Source: an uncultured bacterium | GTDB taxonomy: Bacteria; Acidobacteriota; HRBIN11; JAKEFK01 | DNA: 64,000 nt | NCBI GenBank assembly: GCA_963777505.1 | Contig: CAVZQN010000003.1 | Location: 320,001-384,000, forward strand | Direction: 5' to 3' | Shown: positions 22,501 through 31,718 of the stretch, one piece after another | Layout of the letters: each line of letters opens with the position of its first letter | How positions within the stretch are numbered: the stretch's first letter is position 1 | The notes under the pieces: model-generated | Told to the model about the DNA's origin: nothing | Seen by the model: the letters and a program-made list of their open reading frames with translations, nothing else | The model's database searches: none | Translations under genes and position numbers: made by a program

Positions 22501-24409
22501 TTCTTCATTACCGCAGGAGCCAATGGCTCGATCGGAAATTCATTATCTTCTTGCGCAATATAGTGGACAAACGGAGCGTGTTCCTGATGCGATTCAACAT
22601 CTGGATGAGTCGTTAAAACTTGCTCGAAAAATTCAGCACTACAAGTTGATCGGCATGAGTCTTATTTTACGAATTGTGCTGCAGGGTTCTGTTCCTTCTC
22701 GTGGAGATAAGGAATTGCGGGCAGCAATCCGAAATTTTAGGAAAAGCCGCAATGAACTCCGGTTTTACGATTCAATGCTGAAACTGTATGAGGCTTATCC
22801 AGTTTTACTTCAAGATCGTTGGCATGCAAAGTTTTTGTCACGAATGGAAAAAGGGTATCGTGAAATTCTGAATCGTTCCAGGCATCGTCAGGTACGAAAG
22901 CTTGTGCGGGCTGTAGCGCCAAATCATGTGCGCACAGAACCATTGTACGAATGGTGGCAATCATTGTTAGCGAGTCTTAGCGGTGCTGAAACTTTAGATG
23001 AGCGGTTCACCCGGGTGTTGTCGCGATTGTCCGAAGAACTTCATGCATCGCAGTCAGTCCTCATATACGAGGAATCCGGAGGTGAAATGAATGAACATGT
23101 TTATCCGGAAGATCCTGCGATTGAAGTACTCCGTGATTTGAGGAAGAAAATTTACTCGCGACTTCGAAAGAATATGCAGCCTCTTCAGATTAATCCTGAA
23201 CATGAGTCAGAATTGATGGAACATCCTGCGGTACGTTTGCACAACATTACTTCCATTCTTGCAATTCCCATTAAGATGGAAAGTCAAATTGGAATGTGGT
23301 ATTTCGAACGTTGGGAGCCGGAGCCTGAGTTTACAAGGAGTGATTTAGGCAAAGCTTCTTTTTTTGCAGCCGCTTCTGCACCAGCTCTTGCCAATGCATT
23401 ACGCAGCCATCTACAATTCCGACCCAAGGAAGTGCAGATCGTTCGCACTCCGTATTCGGATCTAATCGGCAGCTCACCGCGAATGCAGACGCTGTACAGA
23501 CATATGTCACGCGCAGCACCAGTGGATATTTCAGTATTGATTCTTGGAGAAAGCGGCACTGGAAAGGAACTGGTAGCAAGAAATTTGCATCGTAGCAGTC
23601 AGCGTTCATCCGGTCCGTTTCAAGCGCTTAACTGCAGCGCACTTCCTGAGACTTTGTTGGAAAGCGAACTGTTTGGTTATGCACGAGGCGCCTTTACAGG
23701 AGCGACGATGAGCCGGCAGGGCATGATTGAGAAGGCTAATGGCGGAACTCTTTTCCTGGATGAAATTGGTGATCTTACGCCTGCTGCGCAGGTAAAACTA
23801 CTTCGAGTTATGCAAGAACGTGAAATCCAACGATTAGGTGAAAATGTAACTCGCAAAGTGGATGTACGATTTATTTTTGCAACGCATAAAGATTTGAAAA
23901 AAATGATTCAGGATGGCACATACCGTGAGGATTTGTTTTACCGTGTTAGCGTTCACTCACTTCATGTTCCGCCTCTCCGTGAACGAAAGGAAGATATTCC
24001 TGCGTTGATTTCATATTTTACGGAAAAGTATTGTAAGTCATTTGGGAAGGATAAAATTACTTTTGCAGGATCTGCAGTTCGCGCGATGTCTGAATATGAA
24101 TGGCCGGGCAATGTGCGTGAACTTGAAAATATAATTCAAAGCATGCTTGTTACCTGCGAATCAGGCAAAAATGTAGAAATCGATGATTTGCCTTCATCAA
24201 TTACGGGTGGTCAGCGTTTTCAACGTTTCGCAGGCCATACACTTGAAGAAGCAAAGAATGAATTTGAACGTGAATTTTTGCAGGCGGCATTGAATAGAAA
24301 CCGCTGGAACAAAACTCAAACCTCCAAGGAATTGAAGATTACGCGCCAGGGTCTCATGAATATGATTCAACGGTTGGGGATTCGTGAACCCGGCGGTGGA
24401 AAGGACTAA
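19598..24409 (+). CDS. Giant sigma-54-dependent activator: degenerate kinase-like N-terminus, STAND-like ATPase, TPRs, GAF-like domain, AAA+ bEBP domain, Fis-type HTH
   Basis: ADPGEGKST, VDDLDQAD and SGNPL; TPR helices; GESGTGKE, ESELFG, GAFTGA, FLDEIG, REDLFYR, WPGNVREL; C-terminal HTH. Confidence 0.88.
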   Translation: MPKRYLSPLSFEKTRLLIRSRNAELWEGRIDGRLHALKRIISGRPGAWNDYTILSQIRHSLLIQPGYAGVVRGDLSFLMPLEFQPEPLPADWNFPAFCAQLISLANLLHHRGLVFRCDPQFLLYDSQTPRFHFAGISNLRVSTDWEIEEHSRQLLETLRNWPAIPDGSKQRVIKILKSWERRKQIHLGECLKDFLLEFSISPELLMCGSESLRRREVELVTGLFQLALRSCGRAILFQADPGEGKSTLLRQIFRELAGRNAHITFCSAFRDDRPNHLIKQLLDRFFENTESYSRCKSELAAAKWSHFLHGSGSVSEERIVSLFLQVLDSLNSSQSQCFVFLVDDLDQADPQSLALLSRILRHIASYQVLFVFTSSMRFHEFSEVTIGLPLETLTLHELSSAFSVPMWKKEQKQILLEEIYTSTSGNPLLFQEYLKEVFHNEGASLKWEDTGWTIPKKQLPAFPGKLSGFYLNKIAELNNDERRFLECASVQGASFNPAFVEIIGELSADVIPSLQEKGVIIQADGYFQFSKPLLADFIYRQTDPERLRGFHKKIARSLLKDSDAEIDPRISQHLLKGGEFGLALEHACKAIDENRPGTMQFVLPVLEELEQQDSELNTQKKFELYSRKGDLLFRKGNYPTAAESYRKALTQCDTDQNARFDLSVRIAKCHLLNNDILLSLKMIKSIAPEAARIQDPRLLLPYYFTSGVCAWHRGSREDEDFDRALKIAEEVQDYEALSSGYRQRAELALRDGNFAEAQRHAQKVLRYSSKMGNDTETGLALRILGSAAFHRSMYEKAERTYKRSIRYLRRAESMDGIARVWNQLGNLYLEMYRFGEAIKAFRTAAGLFSQLDHPLEVGLAHFNMGLIFIEQGKLKEAEKIYLRCRAIDKKAGNRLYFAYDIRALAVIAFQRGFFRKADRLLKRTIEICEELHAEADVLQTKMILLYSLLEQKKHRECKPLVEYVSDKLSSLPQEPMARSEIHYLLAQYSGQTERVPDAIQHLDESLKLARKIQHYKLIGMSLILRIVLQGSVPSRGDKELRAAIRNFRKSRNELRFYDSMLKLYEAYPVLLQDRWHAKFLSRMEKGYREILNRSRHRQVRKLVRAVAPNHVRTEPLYEWWQSLLASLSGAETLDERFTRVLSRLSEELHASQSVLIYEESGGEMNEHVYPEDPAIEVLRDLRKKIYSRLRKNMQPLQINPEHESELMEHPAVRLHNITSILAIPIKMESQIGMWYFERWEPEPEFTRSDLGKASFFAAASAPALANALRSHLQFRPKEVQIVRTPYSDLIGSSPRMQTLYRHMSRAAPVDISVLILGESGTGKELVARNLHRSSQRSSGPFQALNCSALPETLLESELFGYARGAFTGATMSRQGMIEKANGGTLFLDEIGDLTPAAQVKLLRVMQEREIQRLGENVTRKVDVRFIFATHKDLKKMIQDGTYREDLFYRVSVHSLHVPPLRERKEDIPALISYFTEKYCKSFGKDKITFAGSAVRAMSEYEWPGNVRELENIIQSMLVTCESGKNVEIDDLPSSITGGQRFQRFAGHTLEEAKNEFEREFLQAALNRNRWNKTQTSKELKITRQGLMNMIQRLGIREPGGGKD

Positions 24410-24428
24410 CCGCAAAGGCACAGTTTCC

Positions 24429-25349
24429 GTGAAACACTATTTTCTTCGACGGGTATTGCTTCTGATTCCAATTCTATTTTCGGTACTTACAGTTGTCTTT
24501 TCATTTTTACGTTTAATACCAGGCGACCCGGTTGAAGCAATGCTGGGTGAAGGTGCGCGTTCAGCTGATGTTGCATCCATGCGAAAGGAATTGCTTCTGG
24601 ATCAACCTTTATACAAACAGTATGGCCGGTACGTGCGAGGCATTTTTCAGGGTGACCTTGGTTATTCCTGGAATACGCGAATGCCGGTTGTTTCTTCGAT
24701 CGCTTCAAGACTGCCTGCCACACTTCAGCTAGCAGCAGGTGGAATGACAATAGCGATTCTTATCTCATTTCCTCTTGGAATTTTTGCAGCAAAAAATGCA
24801 AACCGTCTTCCGGACAAACTGACCATGATTCTTTCAGTCGGCGTGGGGGCAATGCCGCATTTTTGGCTCGCACCTTTATTAATTTTATTTTTCTCAATTT
24901 TTCTTGGATGGCTCCCCGTTTCGGGAAGAGGGACTATCCTGCATATGATCCTGCCGTCACTAACTCTTGGGTTGGCACTGACAGCAATTCTTGTGCGTAT
25001 GATCCGTTCCAGCCTGCTTGAAGAATTACATTCTGACTACATTAGAACCGCCCGCGCAAAAGGCTGCTCAGAACGCAGAGTTTTTCGCATCCATGCGCTG
25101 CGAAATGCGATGCTTCCGGTTGTGACGATCATGGGATTACAATTCGGAAGTCTTTTGACCGGAGCCATCATTACAGAAACTATTTTTTCGTGGCCTGGCA
25201 TCGGACGGCTTCTGATTCAAGCCATTTATTCCCGCGACTATCCGCTTGTTCAAGGATGCATTCTCGTGTTTGCAGCGCTCTATGCCGTCGTTAACCTTGT
25301 GGTCGACTTACTGTACGGTGCGTTAGATCCACGGATCGAACTCAAATGA
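24429..25349 (+). CDS. Peptide/nickel ABC transporter permease (DppB/OppB family)
   Basis: PGDP, GDLG.S, DYIRTARAKG, HALRNA, ETIFSWPGIG, RDYPLVQG and DPRI motifs. Confidence 0.92.
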   Translation: MKHYFLRRVLLLIPILFSVLTVVFSFLRLIPGDPVEAMLGEGARSADVASMRKELLLDQPLYKQYGRYVRGIFQGDLGYSWNTRMPVVSSIASRLPATLQLAAGGMTIAILISFPLGIFAAKNANRLPDKLTMILSVGVGAMPHFWLAPLLILFFSIFLGWLPVSGRGTILHMILPSLTLGLALTAILVRMIRSSLLEELHSDYIRTARAKGCSERRVFRIHALRNAMLPVVTIMGLQFGSLLTGAIITETIFSWPGIGRLLIQAIYSRDYPLVQGCILVFAALYAVVNLVVDLLYGALDPRIELK

Positions 25350-25350
25350 A

Positions 25351-25446
25351 AGAGAATAGAGGATAGAAGATAGATGATAGAAGCTCAAGAGCTGCAATCC
25401 TCCATCCTCCATCCTCTATCCTCTATCTCTATCCTCCATTCTCTCT
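25351..25446. repeat. Inverted pair of tandem heptamer arrays, (GAGGATA)-like versus (TATCCTC/CATCCTC)
   Basis: agagaatagaggatagaagatagatgatagaag is followed by atcctccatcctccatcctctatcctctatctctatcctccattctct; the arms are complementary. Confidence 0.8.
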
Positions 25447-25488
25447 CCCCTTTGCTATAATACGTGCTTATCTTTAGAGGACAGAAAA

Positions 25489-26007
25489 ATGATCAGGGCA
25501 TATCTCGACAAGACTCCGCAATTTGATGAAACCGTCTTTATAGAGGATAGCGCGCAAGTTATCGGCGATGTTGTGATCGGCCCTCATTCCAGCATCTGGT
25601 TTAATGCTACAGTTCGCGGAGACGTTCATTTCATCAGGATCGGCACTTACACAAATATCCAGGATAATTCTGTGATCCACGTGACAAATGGACGCTTTCC
25701 AACGATCTTGGAGGACTATGTGACTGTTGGTCATAGTGTGACTCTTCATGGATGTCACATAAAATCCAATAACCTGATTGGAATCGGAAGCATTGTTATG
25801 GATGATGTGGTCATTGACGAATATTGCATTATTGGAGCTGGTGCTCTTCTGACTCCCGGAACGAAAGTTCAGGCAAGAAGTGTGATGCTGGGTGCGCCCG
25901 CACGGCGCGTCCGTGAAGTTACTGAAGACGATATTGCATGGATCCGCAAGCATGCAACGAATTATTACGATTACAAAGAAACGTATAAAAAAATGTACGG
26001 AAGGTAA
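25489..26007 (+). CDS. Gamma carbonic anhydrase family protein (YrdA-like)
   Basis: IGDV, RGD, NIQDNSVIH and GHSVTLHGC hexapeptide repeats. Confidence 0.93.
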   Translation: MIRAYLDKTPQFDETVFIEDSAQVIGDVVIGPHSSIWFNATVRGDVHFIRIGTYTNIQDNSVIHVTNGRFPTILEDYVTVGHSVTLHGCHIKSNNLIGIGSIVMDDVVIDEYCIIGAGALLTPGTKVQARSVMLGAPARRVREVTEDDIAWIRKHATNYYDYKETYKKMYGR

Positions 26008-26016
26008 TGATTTTTC

Positions 26017-27258
26017 ATGATTAAAGCTGTAAAAGGAACGCGCGATATCATGTCGCCGGAAATTGAAAAATGGCTTTTTGTTGAAGAAAAGGCCCGGGAA
26101 ATCTGTTCTATATATGGATACGATGAAATCCGTACACCCATGTTCGAAGCGACAGAGCTTTTTGCGCGTGGAATTGGTGAAGTCACCGATATTGTGACGA
26201 AACAAATGTTCACATTTCCGATCGGCCGCGAACAGCAAGTCAGTTTGCGCCCGGAAAATACCGCTCCGGTTGTGCGGGCGTTTGTTGAACATGGAATCGA
26301 TAATGAGCCTTCGATCACAAAATGGTATTACCTTGGCCCCATGTTTCGGTATGAACAGCCTCAAAAAGGGCGGTATCGTCAATTCAGTCAATTCGGAATT
26401 GAAGTTCTGGGAACCGAAAATCCTGCCGTTGATGCAGAGGTCATTGAATTGCTTGTCCGTTTCTTGGAATCCACTGGTCTGCAGAATTTTGAAACGCAAC
26501 TGAATTCAGTTGGATGCTCTCTGTGCCGTCCGCGTTACACTGCCGCATTGCAAGAAATCCTTCGGAATAAAAAGCAGCAGATGTGCGCTGATTGTCAGGA
26601 AAGGATTGAGAAAAATCCATTGCGGGTTTTGGATTGTAAAGTGGAAGCGGATCAGCCAATTATCGAAGCTCTTCCTTCGATTGATGAGTATTTATGTGAA
26701 GAATGCAAAATACATTTTGATGCAGTGCAAAAATATTTGAAGCTTTCCAGTATCGACACTGTTCGAAATAAACGTCTTGTGCGTGGTTTGGATTATTACA
26801 CGAAGACGACGTTTGAAATTGTGGCCGCCGGACTAGGAGCTCAAAACACAGTCGCAGGTGGTGGACGTTACGACGGTCTTGTTGAGGAAGTAGGAGGAAA
26901 GCCGACGAAGGCGATCGGCTTTGCGTTGGGTCTGGATCGATTGGTCCTCGCCATTCCTGAAACCTCAAGCCAACGTGGTGGAGTTCGCGTTTTCATAGTT
27001 GCTCTGGATGACGCTGCCTTCGATTATGCGTTTGAGCAAGTTCAACTACCATTGAGAAAGTCGGGAATTCCAAGTGAGATCGATTATCAGAGGCGGAGTG
27101 TGAAAGCAGCAATGAGGCAGGCCGATCGCAAAAAGGTCGATTGGGCGATTCTTGTTGGTGATCAGGAACGTCAGGAAGGAAAAGTTACATTGAAAAATAT
27201 GAAGACAGGGGAACAGGAGAAATATTCAGTAAGGGAAGTGATTGAGAAAATACGATGA
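26017..27258 (+). CDS. hisS: Histidine--tRNA ligase
   Basis: LRPENTA, FRYEQPQKGRYRQFSQ, LVRGLDYY and GGGRYDGL motifs. Confidence 0.97.
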   Translation: MIKAVKGTRDIMSPEIEKWLFVEEKAREICSIYGYDEIRTPMFEATELFARGIGEVTDIVTKQMFTFPIGREQQVSLRPENTAPVVRAFVEHGIDNEPSITKWYYLGPMFRYEQPQKGRYRQFSQFGIEVLGTENPAVDAEVIELLVRFLESTGLQNFETQLNSVGCSLCRPRYTAALQEILRNKKQQMCADCQERIEKNPLRVLDCKVEADQPIIEALPSIDEYLCEECKIHFDAVQKYLKLSSIDTVRNKRLVRGLDYYTKTTFEIVAAGLGAQNTVAGGGRYDGLVEEVGGKPTKAIGFALGLDRLVLAIPETSSQRGGVRVFIVALDDAAFDYAFEQVQLPLRKSGIPSEIDYQRRSVKAAMRQADRKKVDWAILVGDQERQEGKVTLKNMKTGEQEKYSVREVIEKIR

Positions 27259-29012
27259 AACGGGATTTATATTGCGGCGAAATTCGCAAAGAACATATTG
27301 GCAGAAATGTAGTCATCGCGGGGTGGGTAGCGCGCCGACGCGACCTCGGTTCACTCATTTTTATTGAATTGCGTGACCGCTATGGTTTAGTTCAAGTCGT
27401 GTTTAATCCGCAGGAAAATGAAGAAGCACACAGAATCGCCAAAAATTTGCGGCCTGAATTTGTCGTTCAAATTGAAGGACGAGTAGTCGAAAGAACTGCC
27501 TCAACTGTAAACGCGAATATGCCCTCAGGTGAGATCGAAATGGCAGCTACAAATCTCACGATTCTAAATGAAGCAAAGACTCCTCCATTTCCTATCGAAA
27601 ATGAAGTGAACATATCTGACGACCTCAGATTGAAATATCGATATCTGGATTTACGCCGGCCGAATATGCAGCAGAATTTGATCGTGCGCCATAAGTCCGT
27701 TCTTGCTGCGCGAAAATTCCTGGATGAACAAGGTTTTCTTGAAATTGAGACTCCTATGTTGACAAAATCCACCCCTGAAGGCGCTCGGGATTATCTTGTT
27801 CCAAGCCGTGTAAATGCTGGAAAGTTTTATGCGCTGCCTCAATCTCCACAAATCTTTAAACAACTTTTAATGGTTTCCGGATTCGATAAATATTTCCAGA
27901 TTGTGAGATGTTTTCGCGATGAGGATTTGCGAGCAGACCGCCAGCCCGAATTCACGCAAATCGATATCGAAATGTCATTTGTTGAAATGGACAATGTAAT
28001 TGCACTCGTAGAGCCATTGATTCAGCGTATTTTCTCGGCTGCCGGTTATGACATCAGCATTCCATTTCGAAGAATTCCTTACGATGAAGCGATGAACCGA
28101 TTTGGTTCGGATAAACCGGACCTCCGTTTCGGCGCGGAAATTCAAGATGTAAGTAATTGGGCATCACAAACAGCATTCCGTATATTTCAACAAGCGGAAC
28201 GCGTAAAGGCGATTGTTGCGCCTCAGCTTGGCCGGTATTCGCGAAAAGATCTGGATCAATTGGATGTAAAAGGCAAGGAGTTTGGAGCTGCCGGTCTGAT
28301 CTGGATCAAGAAAACGCAGGAAGGATTTCAGTCATCAATCTTAAAAGCGGTCGGAGAAGAAAAAATTGCCGAAGTGTGGAAGCAAGTCGCTGCGGCCGAT
28401 TCCGATCTTGTATTACTGGTGGCAGGCGGCAACGACGTTGTGAATTCTGCTCTAGGCCAAATGCGGATTTATCTCTCGAGACAGGAAAAATGGTTACGAC
28501 CTGAGGATTATCAATTTGCATGGATTTATCAGTTCCCCCTCTTTGAATTTGATAAAGAAGACAACAGATATGTGTCGTGCCATCATCCATTTACGTCCCC
28601 TATGCCCGAATGGAAAGAAAAGCTTGAGGAGAGTCCAGAAAAAGCTATTGCACAAGCCTATGATGTAGTGTGTAATGGATATGAAATTGGGGGAGGGAGT
28701 ATTAGGATACACGATCCCGCCGTTCAGTCGCGTGTTTTTAAAACACTCAGTTTAAGCCGAGAAGAAGCACAGCAGAAGTTTGGATTTTTGCTGGATGCAC
28801 TTTCTTTTGGAGCTCCTCCTCATGGAGGAATCGCTCTTGGTATGGATCGTCTTGCAATGTTACTTGCAGGCGAAGAGTCAATTCGCGAAGTCATCGCTTT
28901 TCCAAAAACCAGCAGTGCAGTTGACCTAATGTCAGATTCTCCTTCTGAGGTCTCACCTCGACAATTGAAAGATCTGCATATCTCCATTAAAAAAGATGAA
29001 AGTAAGCAATAA
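27255..29012 (+). CDS. aspS: Aspartate--tRNA ligase
   Basis: RYLDLRR, TPEGARDY, LPQSPQ, FRDEDLRADRQPEFTQ and PPHGGIALG motifs. Confidence 0.97.
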   Translation: MKRDLYCGEIRKEHIGRNVVIAGWVARRRDLGSLIFIELRDRYGLVQVVFNPQENEEAHRIAKNLRPEFVVQIEGRVVERTASTVNANMPSGEIEMAATNLTILNEAKTPPFPIENEVNISDDLRLKYRYLDLRRPNMQQNLIVRHKSVLAARKFLDEQGFLEIETPMLTKSTPEGARDYLVPSRVNAGKFYALPQSPQIFKQLLMVSGFDKYFQIVRCFRDEDLRADRQPEFTQIDIEMSFVEMDNVIALVEPLIQRIFSAAGYDISIPFRRIPYDEAMNRFGSDKPDLRFGAEIQDVSNWASQTAFRIFQQAERVKAIVAPQLGRYSRKDLDQLDVKGKEFGAAGLIWIKKTQEGFQSSILKAVGEEKIAEVWKQVAAADSDLVLLVAGGNDVVNSALGQMRIYLSRQEKWLRPEDYQFAWIYQFPLFEFDKEDNRYVSCHHPFTSPMPEWKEKLEESPEKAIAQAYDVVCNGYEIGGGSIRIHDPAVQSRVFKTLSLSREEAQQKFGFLLDALSFGAPPHGGIALGMDRLAMLLAGEESIREVIAFPKTSSAVDLMSDSPSEVSPRQLKDLHISIKKDESKQ

Positions 29013-29967
29013 CACACGCGTCGAGGCCTTATATCTTGACCGCATCAGCCGATTATCTTCATCGATGGCAAGTGTCATCCGCGGAAAACACGAGGCAATT
29101 CAGTTGACACTGACCACTCTTCTTTCAGGAGGACATCTTCTGATTGAAGATGTTCCAGGAATCGGGAAAACAATGCTAGCGCAAACTCTTGCGCGATCTA
29201 TTTCGTGCGATTTTCATCGGATTCAGTTCACTTCAGACTTAATGCCTTCTGATATTACAGGCGTATCAATTTGGAATTCGCGGGATCAGGAATTCGTTTT
29301 TAAAGCCGGTCCGATTTTTTCAAACATTGTGCTGGCAGATGAAATTAATCGCGGCTCTCCGAAAACTCAAAGCGCTTTGCTTGAAGCAATGAGTGAATTT
29401 CAGGTAACAGTTGACAACCTTACATATGAGCTGTCACGGCCATATATGGTAATCGCTACTCAAAATCCTGCCGAACATTATGGAACATATCCATTACCCG
29501 AGTCTCAGTTAGACCGGTTCTTGATGCGGATCCGGATTGGATATCCTGATGAGATGCGCGAAAAGGAGATTATTCGAAGTCAGGAATTTGAGCATCCATT
29601 AAATAAAGTACAGCATGTTCTTGAGCGAAATGAAGTGATCATGTTTCAAGAACAGGTGAAGAATGTACTTGTTGAGGATACTGTTCTTTCTTACTTACTG
29701 AGCATTGTCACTGCAACCCGGAACTCACCGCTGATCTCGGTCGGGTGCAGCCCTCGCGGTTCGCTTTATTATTTCCGTGCAGCACAGGCTCATGCATTCT
29801 TAAAAGGCCGCGACTATGTCATTCCCGATGATATTAAAAGTTTGTCGATCCCATTGCTTGCACATCGGATCCTGTTAAAATCATCAACTGTATTCCAGGA
29901 CCAACGTTCTGAAGAGGCTGAAAGGGTTATCCGTCAGATTGTGGATACCGTGTCTGTGCCGCTTTGA
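28996..29967 (+). CDS. moxR: MoxR-family AAA+ ATPase
   Basis: EDVPGIGKT, RIQFTSDLMPSD, LADEINR, ATQNP and LPESQLDRF motifs. Confidence 0.93.
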   Translation: MKVSNNTRVEALYLDRISRLSSSMASVIRGKHEAIQLTLTTLLSGGHLLIEDVPGIGKTMLAQTLARSISCDFHRIQFTSDLMPSDITGVSIWNSRDQEFVFKAGPIFSNIVLADEINRGSPKTQSALLEAMSEFQVTVDNLTYELSRPYMVIATQNPAEHYGTYPLPESQLDRFLMRIRIGYPDEMREKEIIRSQEFEHPLNKVQHVLERNEVIMFQEQVKNVLVEDTVLSYLLSIVTATRNSPLISVGCSPRGSLYYFRAAQAHAFLKGRDYVIPDDIKSLSIPLLAHRILLKSSTVFQDQRSEEAERVIRQIVDTVSVPL

Positions 29968-29994
29968 TCTTCCGTTTCTAAGAGGTAAAAATAT

Positions 29995-30799
29995 ATGGGA
30001 CAAATTGGGGATACTGCATTCGCAGAAGCAGTCGTTGCTACAAAGAAAGATGCAAAACTAGTCGCTGCCGCAAAGAATGACCGGACAAACTCTCCTTCAT
30101 CGCTGTATCGTGAATTTGAAAAACTACCGGTAGAAAGAAGACGGGATATCATTGCCCAGATTTCTGCTGAGAATTTTGTAGCAGCTCAATGGAAAATTGT
30201 TTTTCCTTTGAACAATTTTTCCGCCGAAGCTCTGCCGCATGCACTCCTTGCCGCCGGCAAAGGCGTTGTTTTTTACGCGCGATGAAGATTCTGTGCGAGA
30301 AACAGTTCGAGCAATCAAAATTTATGAGCGAAGTCCTTATTTGAAAAATATTGCCTCAAATTTGGCTCATGCTGCTGAAACGGGAAGTGATTTAGGAAAA
30401 GTTGGTCCAATTTTGACCGAGCCATCTTTGTATGGACTGCTTAAAGATCTCGAACCATCCAACCCAAACTCAGAACGTATCGTGGATGCTGTTTGCAGAA
30501 TCGCAGGCTACACACGCAGCTTGGACAGCGCCCTTGCTGCCACAAAATTCTTATTCGCACGCAGACATTTTGCTTATCTTCCCGAGCTTGCTTCCCTTGT
30601 CGAAAATGCAATTTTTCTTGCTCGTGACCAACGAAGCGTCAAACAGATTCTGGATGGATTCACCGCAGGTTCAATCGATGTGGTGATGCAACGGCAAACG
30701 GGCAATAAGAGTGCACTTTCTGCCATTAGCGATATCGCCTGGAAATCACGAAACTGGAAAACGATCCGCGATCATCTTCAAGAATATCTGGCGAGTTAA
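29995..30799 (+). CDS. Hypothetical alpha-helical repeat protein; two overlapping ORFs probably joined by a frameshift near 30270
   Basis: Joining gives VF(Y/T)ARDEDSV, which resembles the later FLARDQRSV, YTRSLDSA and KSRNWKTI segments. Confidence 0.55.
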
Positions 30800-30806
30800 C
30801 ACTCAA

Positions 30807-31598
30807 TTATTCAGGTTTCATCGCGAAGAATACTTTTCTGTAGTTAGTCGCAAGTGGATGCGTGGAAAGAATTGGCGGAAACAAAACATTCTTCAGCACC
30901 ATTGACTCTTCGAAACTCTTTTCATCAATGACGGTTACTTGAAACCCTGCAGCTTGAACAATCTCCGAAAAATTAGCGCCGTAAATTCGCAAATGATCTG
31001 ACTGGCCAAAGACTCGTTCGCGATCTGCAGGATCAGTAATAGTCGAATCCTCATAGGTATCGGCTAGTCCATCTTTTTGAGGTACCGTAAGGATTGCATA
31101 ACCTTGCGGACGCAAAATGCGGAATATTTCTTGTAAGGCCAGATGATCATTTGAAACGTGCTCCAATACATCGCACGCAACCACAGTGTCGTACTTTTCT
31201 TCCTTCAATTGCTTCATGTTTGTAATGTCCAATTTCAGGTCAGCCGAATCGTCCACATTCGCGGTGACATAACTCGCTGAAGATTTTCTAATTAATTTTG
31301 CGAGTACTGTTTCCGGAGCAAAATGTAGCACATCTTTACCACGGATTAACTTTTCCATGGAAAGGCTTTGATTTTTTTGTAAAGCCGCTGCCAGCAGGCG
31401 ATGCCTTATCTCTGAACGGCATTTCCAGCAAATTGTGTATGGATGCCAGTTATCGCTATCAAAATGCCGGCCTGTCCATCCGCAGATGTTACATTCAACC
31501 TTTTTAGGAAAACTGATTTGAGCCGCAAACGCGGCGGACTTTAACTTTCGGATAACACGGTCGACTAAATTCAGACTCACCCTCGCTATTGAGTTCAA
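30807..31598 (-). CDS. Class I SAM-dependent methyltransferase
   Basis: CNICG and CWKC cysteine pairs; LHFAPE, DVLEHV, RILRPQG and GQSDH motifs. Confidence 0.85.
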   Translation of the reverse strand: MNSIARVSLNLVDRVIRKLKSAAFAAQISFPKKVECNICGWTGRHFDSDNWHPYTICWKCRSEIRHRLLAAALQKNQSLSMEKLIRGKDVLHFAPETVLAKLIRKSSASYVTANVDDSADLKLDITNMKQLKEEKYDTVVACDVLEHVSNDHLALQEIFRILRPQGYAILTVPQKDGLADTYEDSTITDPADRERVFGQSDHLRIYGANFSEIVQAAGFQVTVIDEKSFEESMVLKNVLFPPILSTHPLATNYRKVFFAMKPE

Positions 31599-31718
31599 CT
31601 CCGTGACTGTACGATACCGAATAAGCGCAGCTTAAACAAGCATCGCACGCTGAGACAAGGATGATTCGTAAAATTCGTCTATAACCACTATCGAATGTTA
31701 GAATTATGATTCAAGCCT

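Noticed and set aside
25474-26499. 341-aa minus-strand ORF
   Set aside because: Antisense shadow of the gamma-CA and hisS genes, with no motifs.
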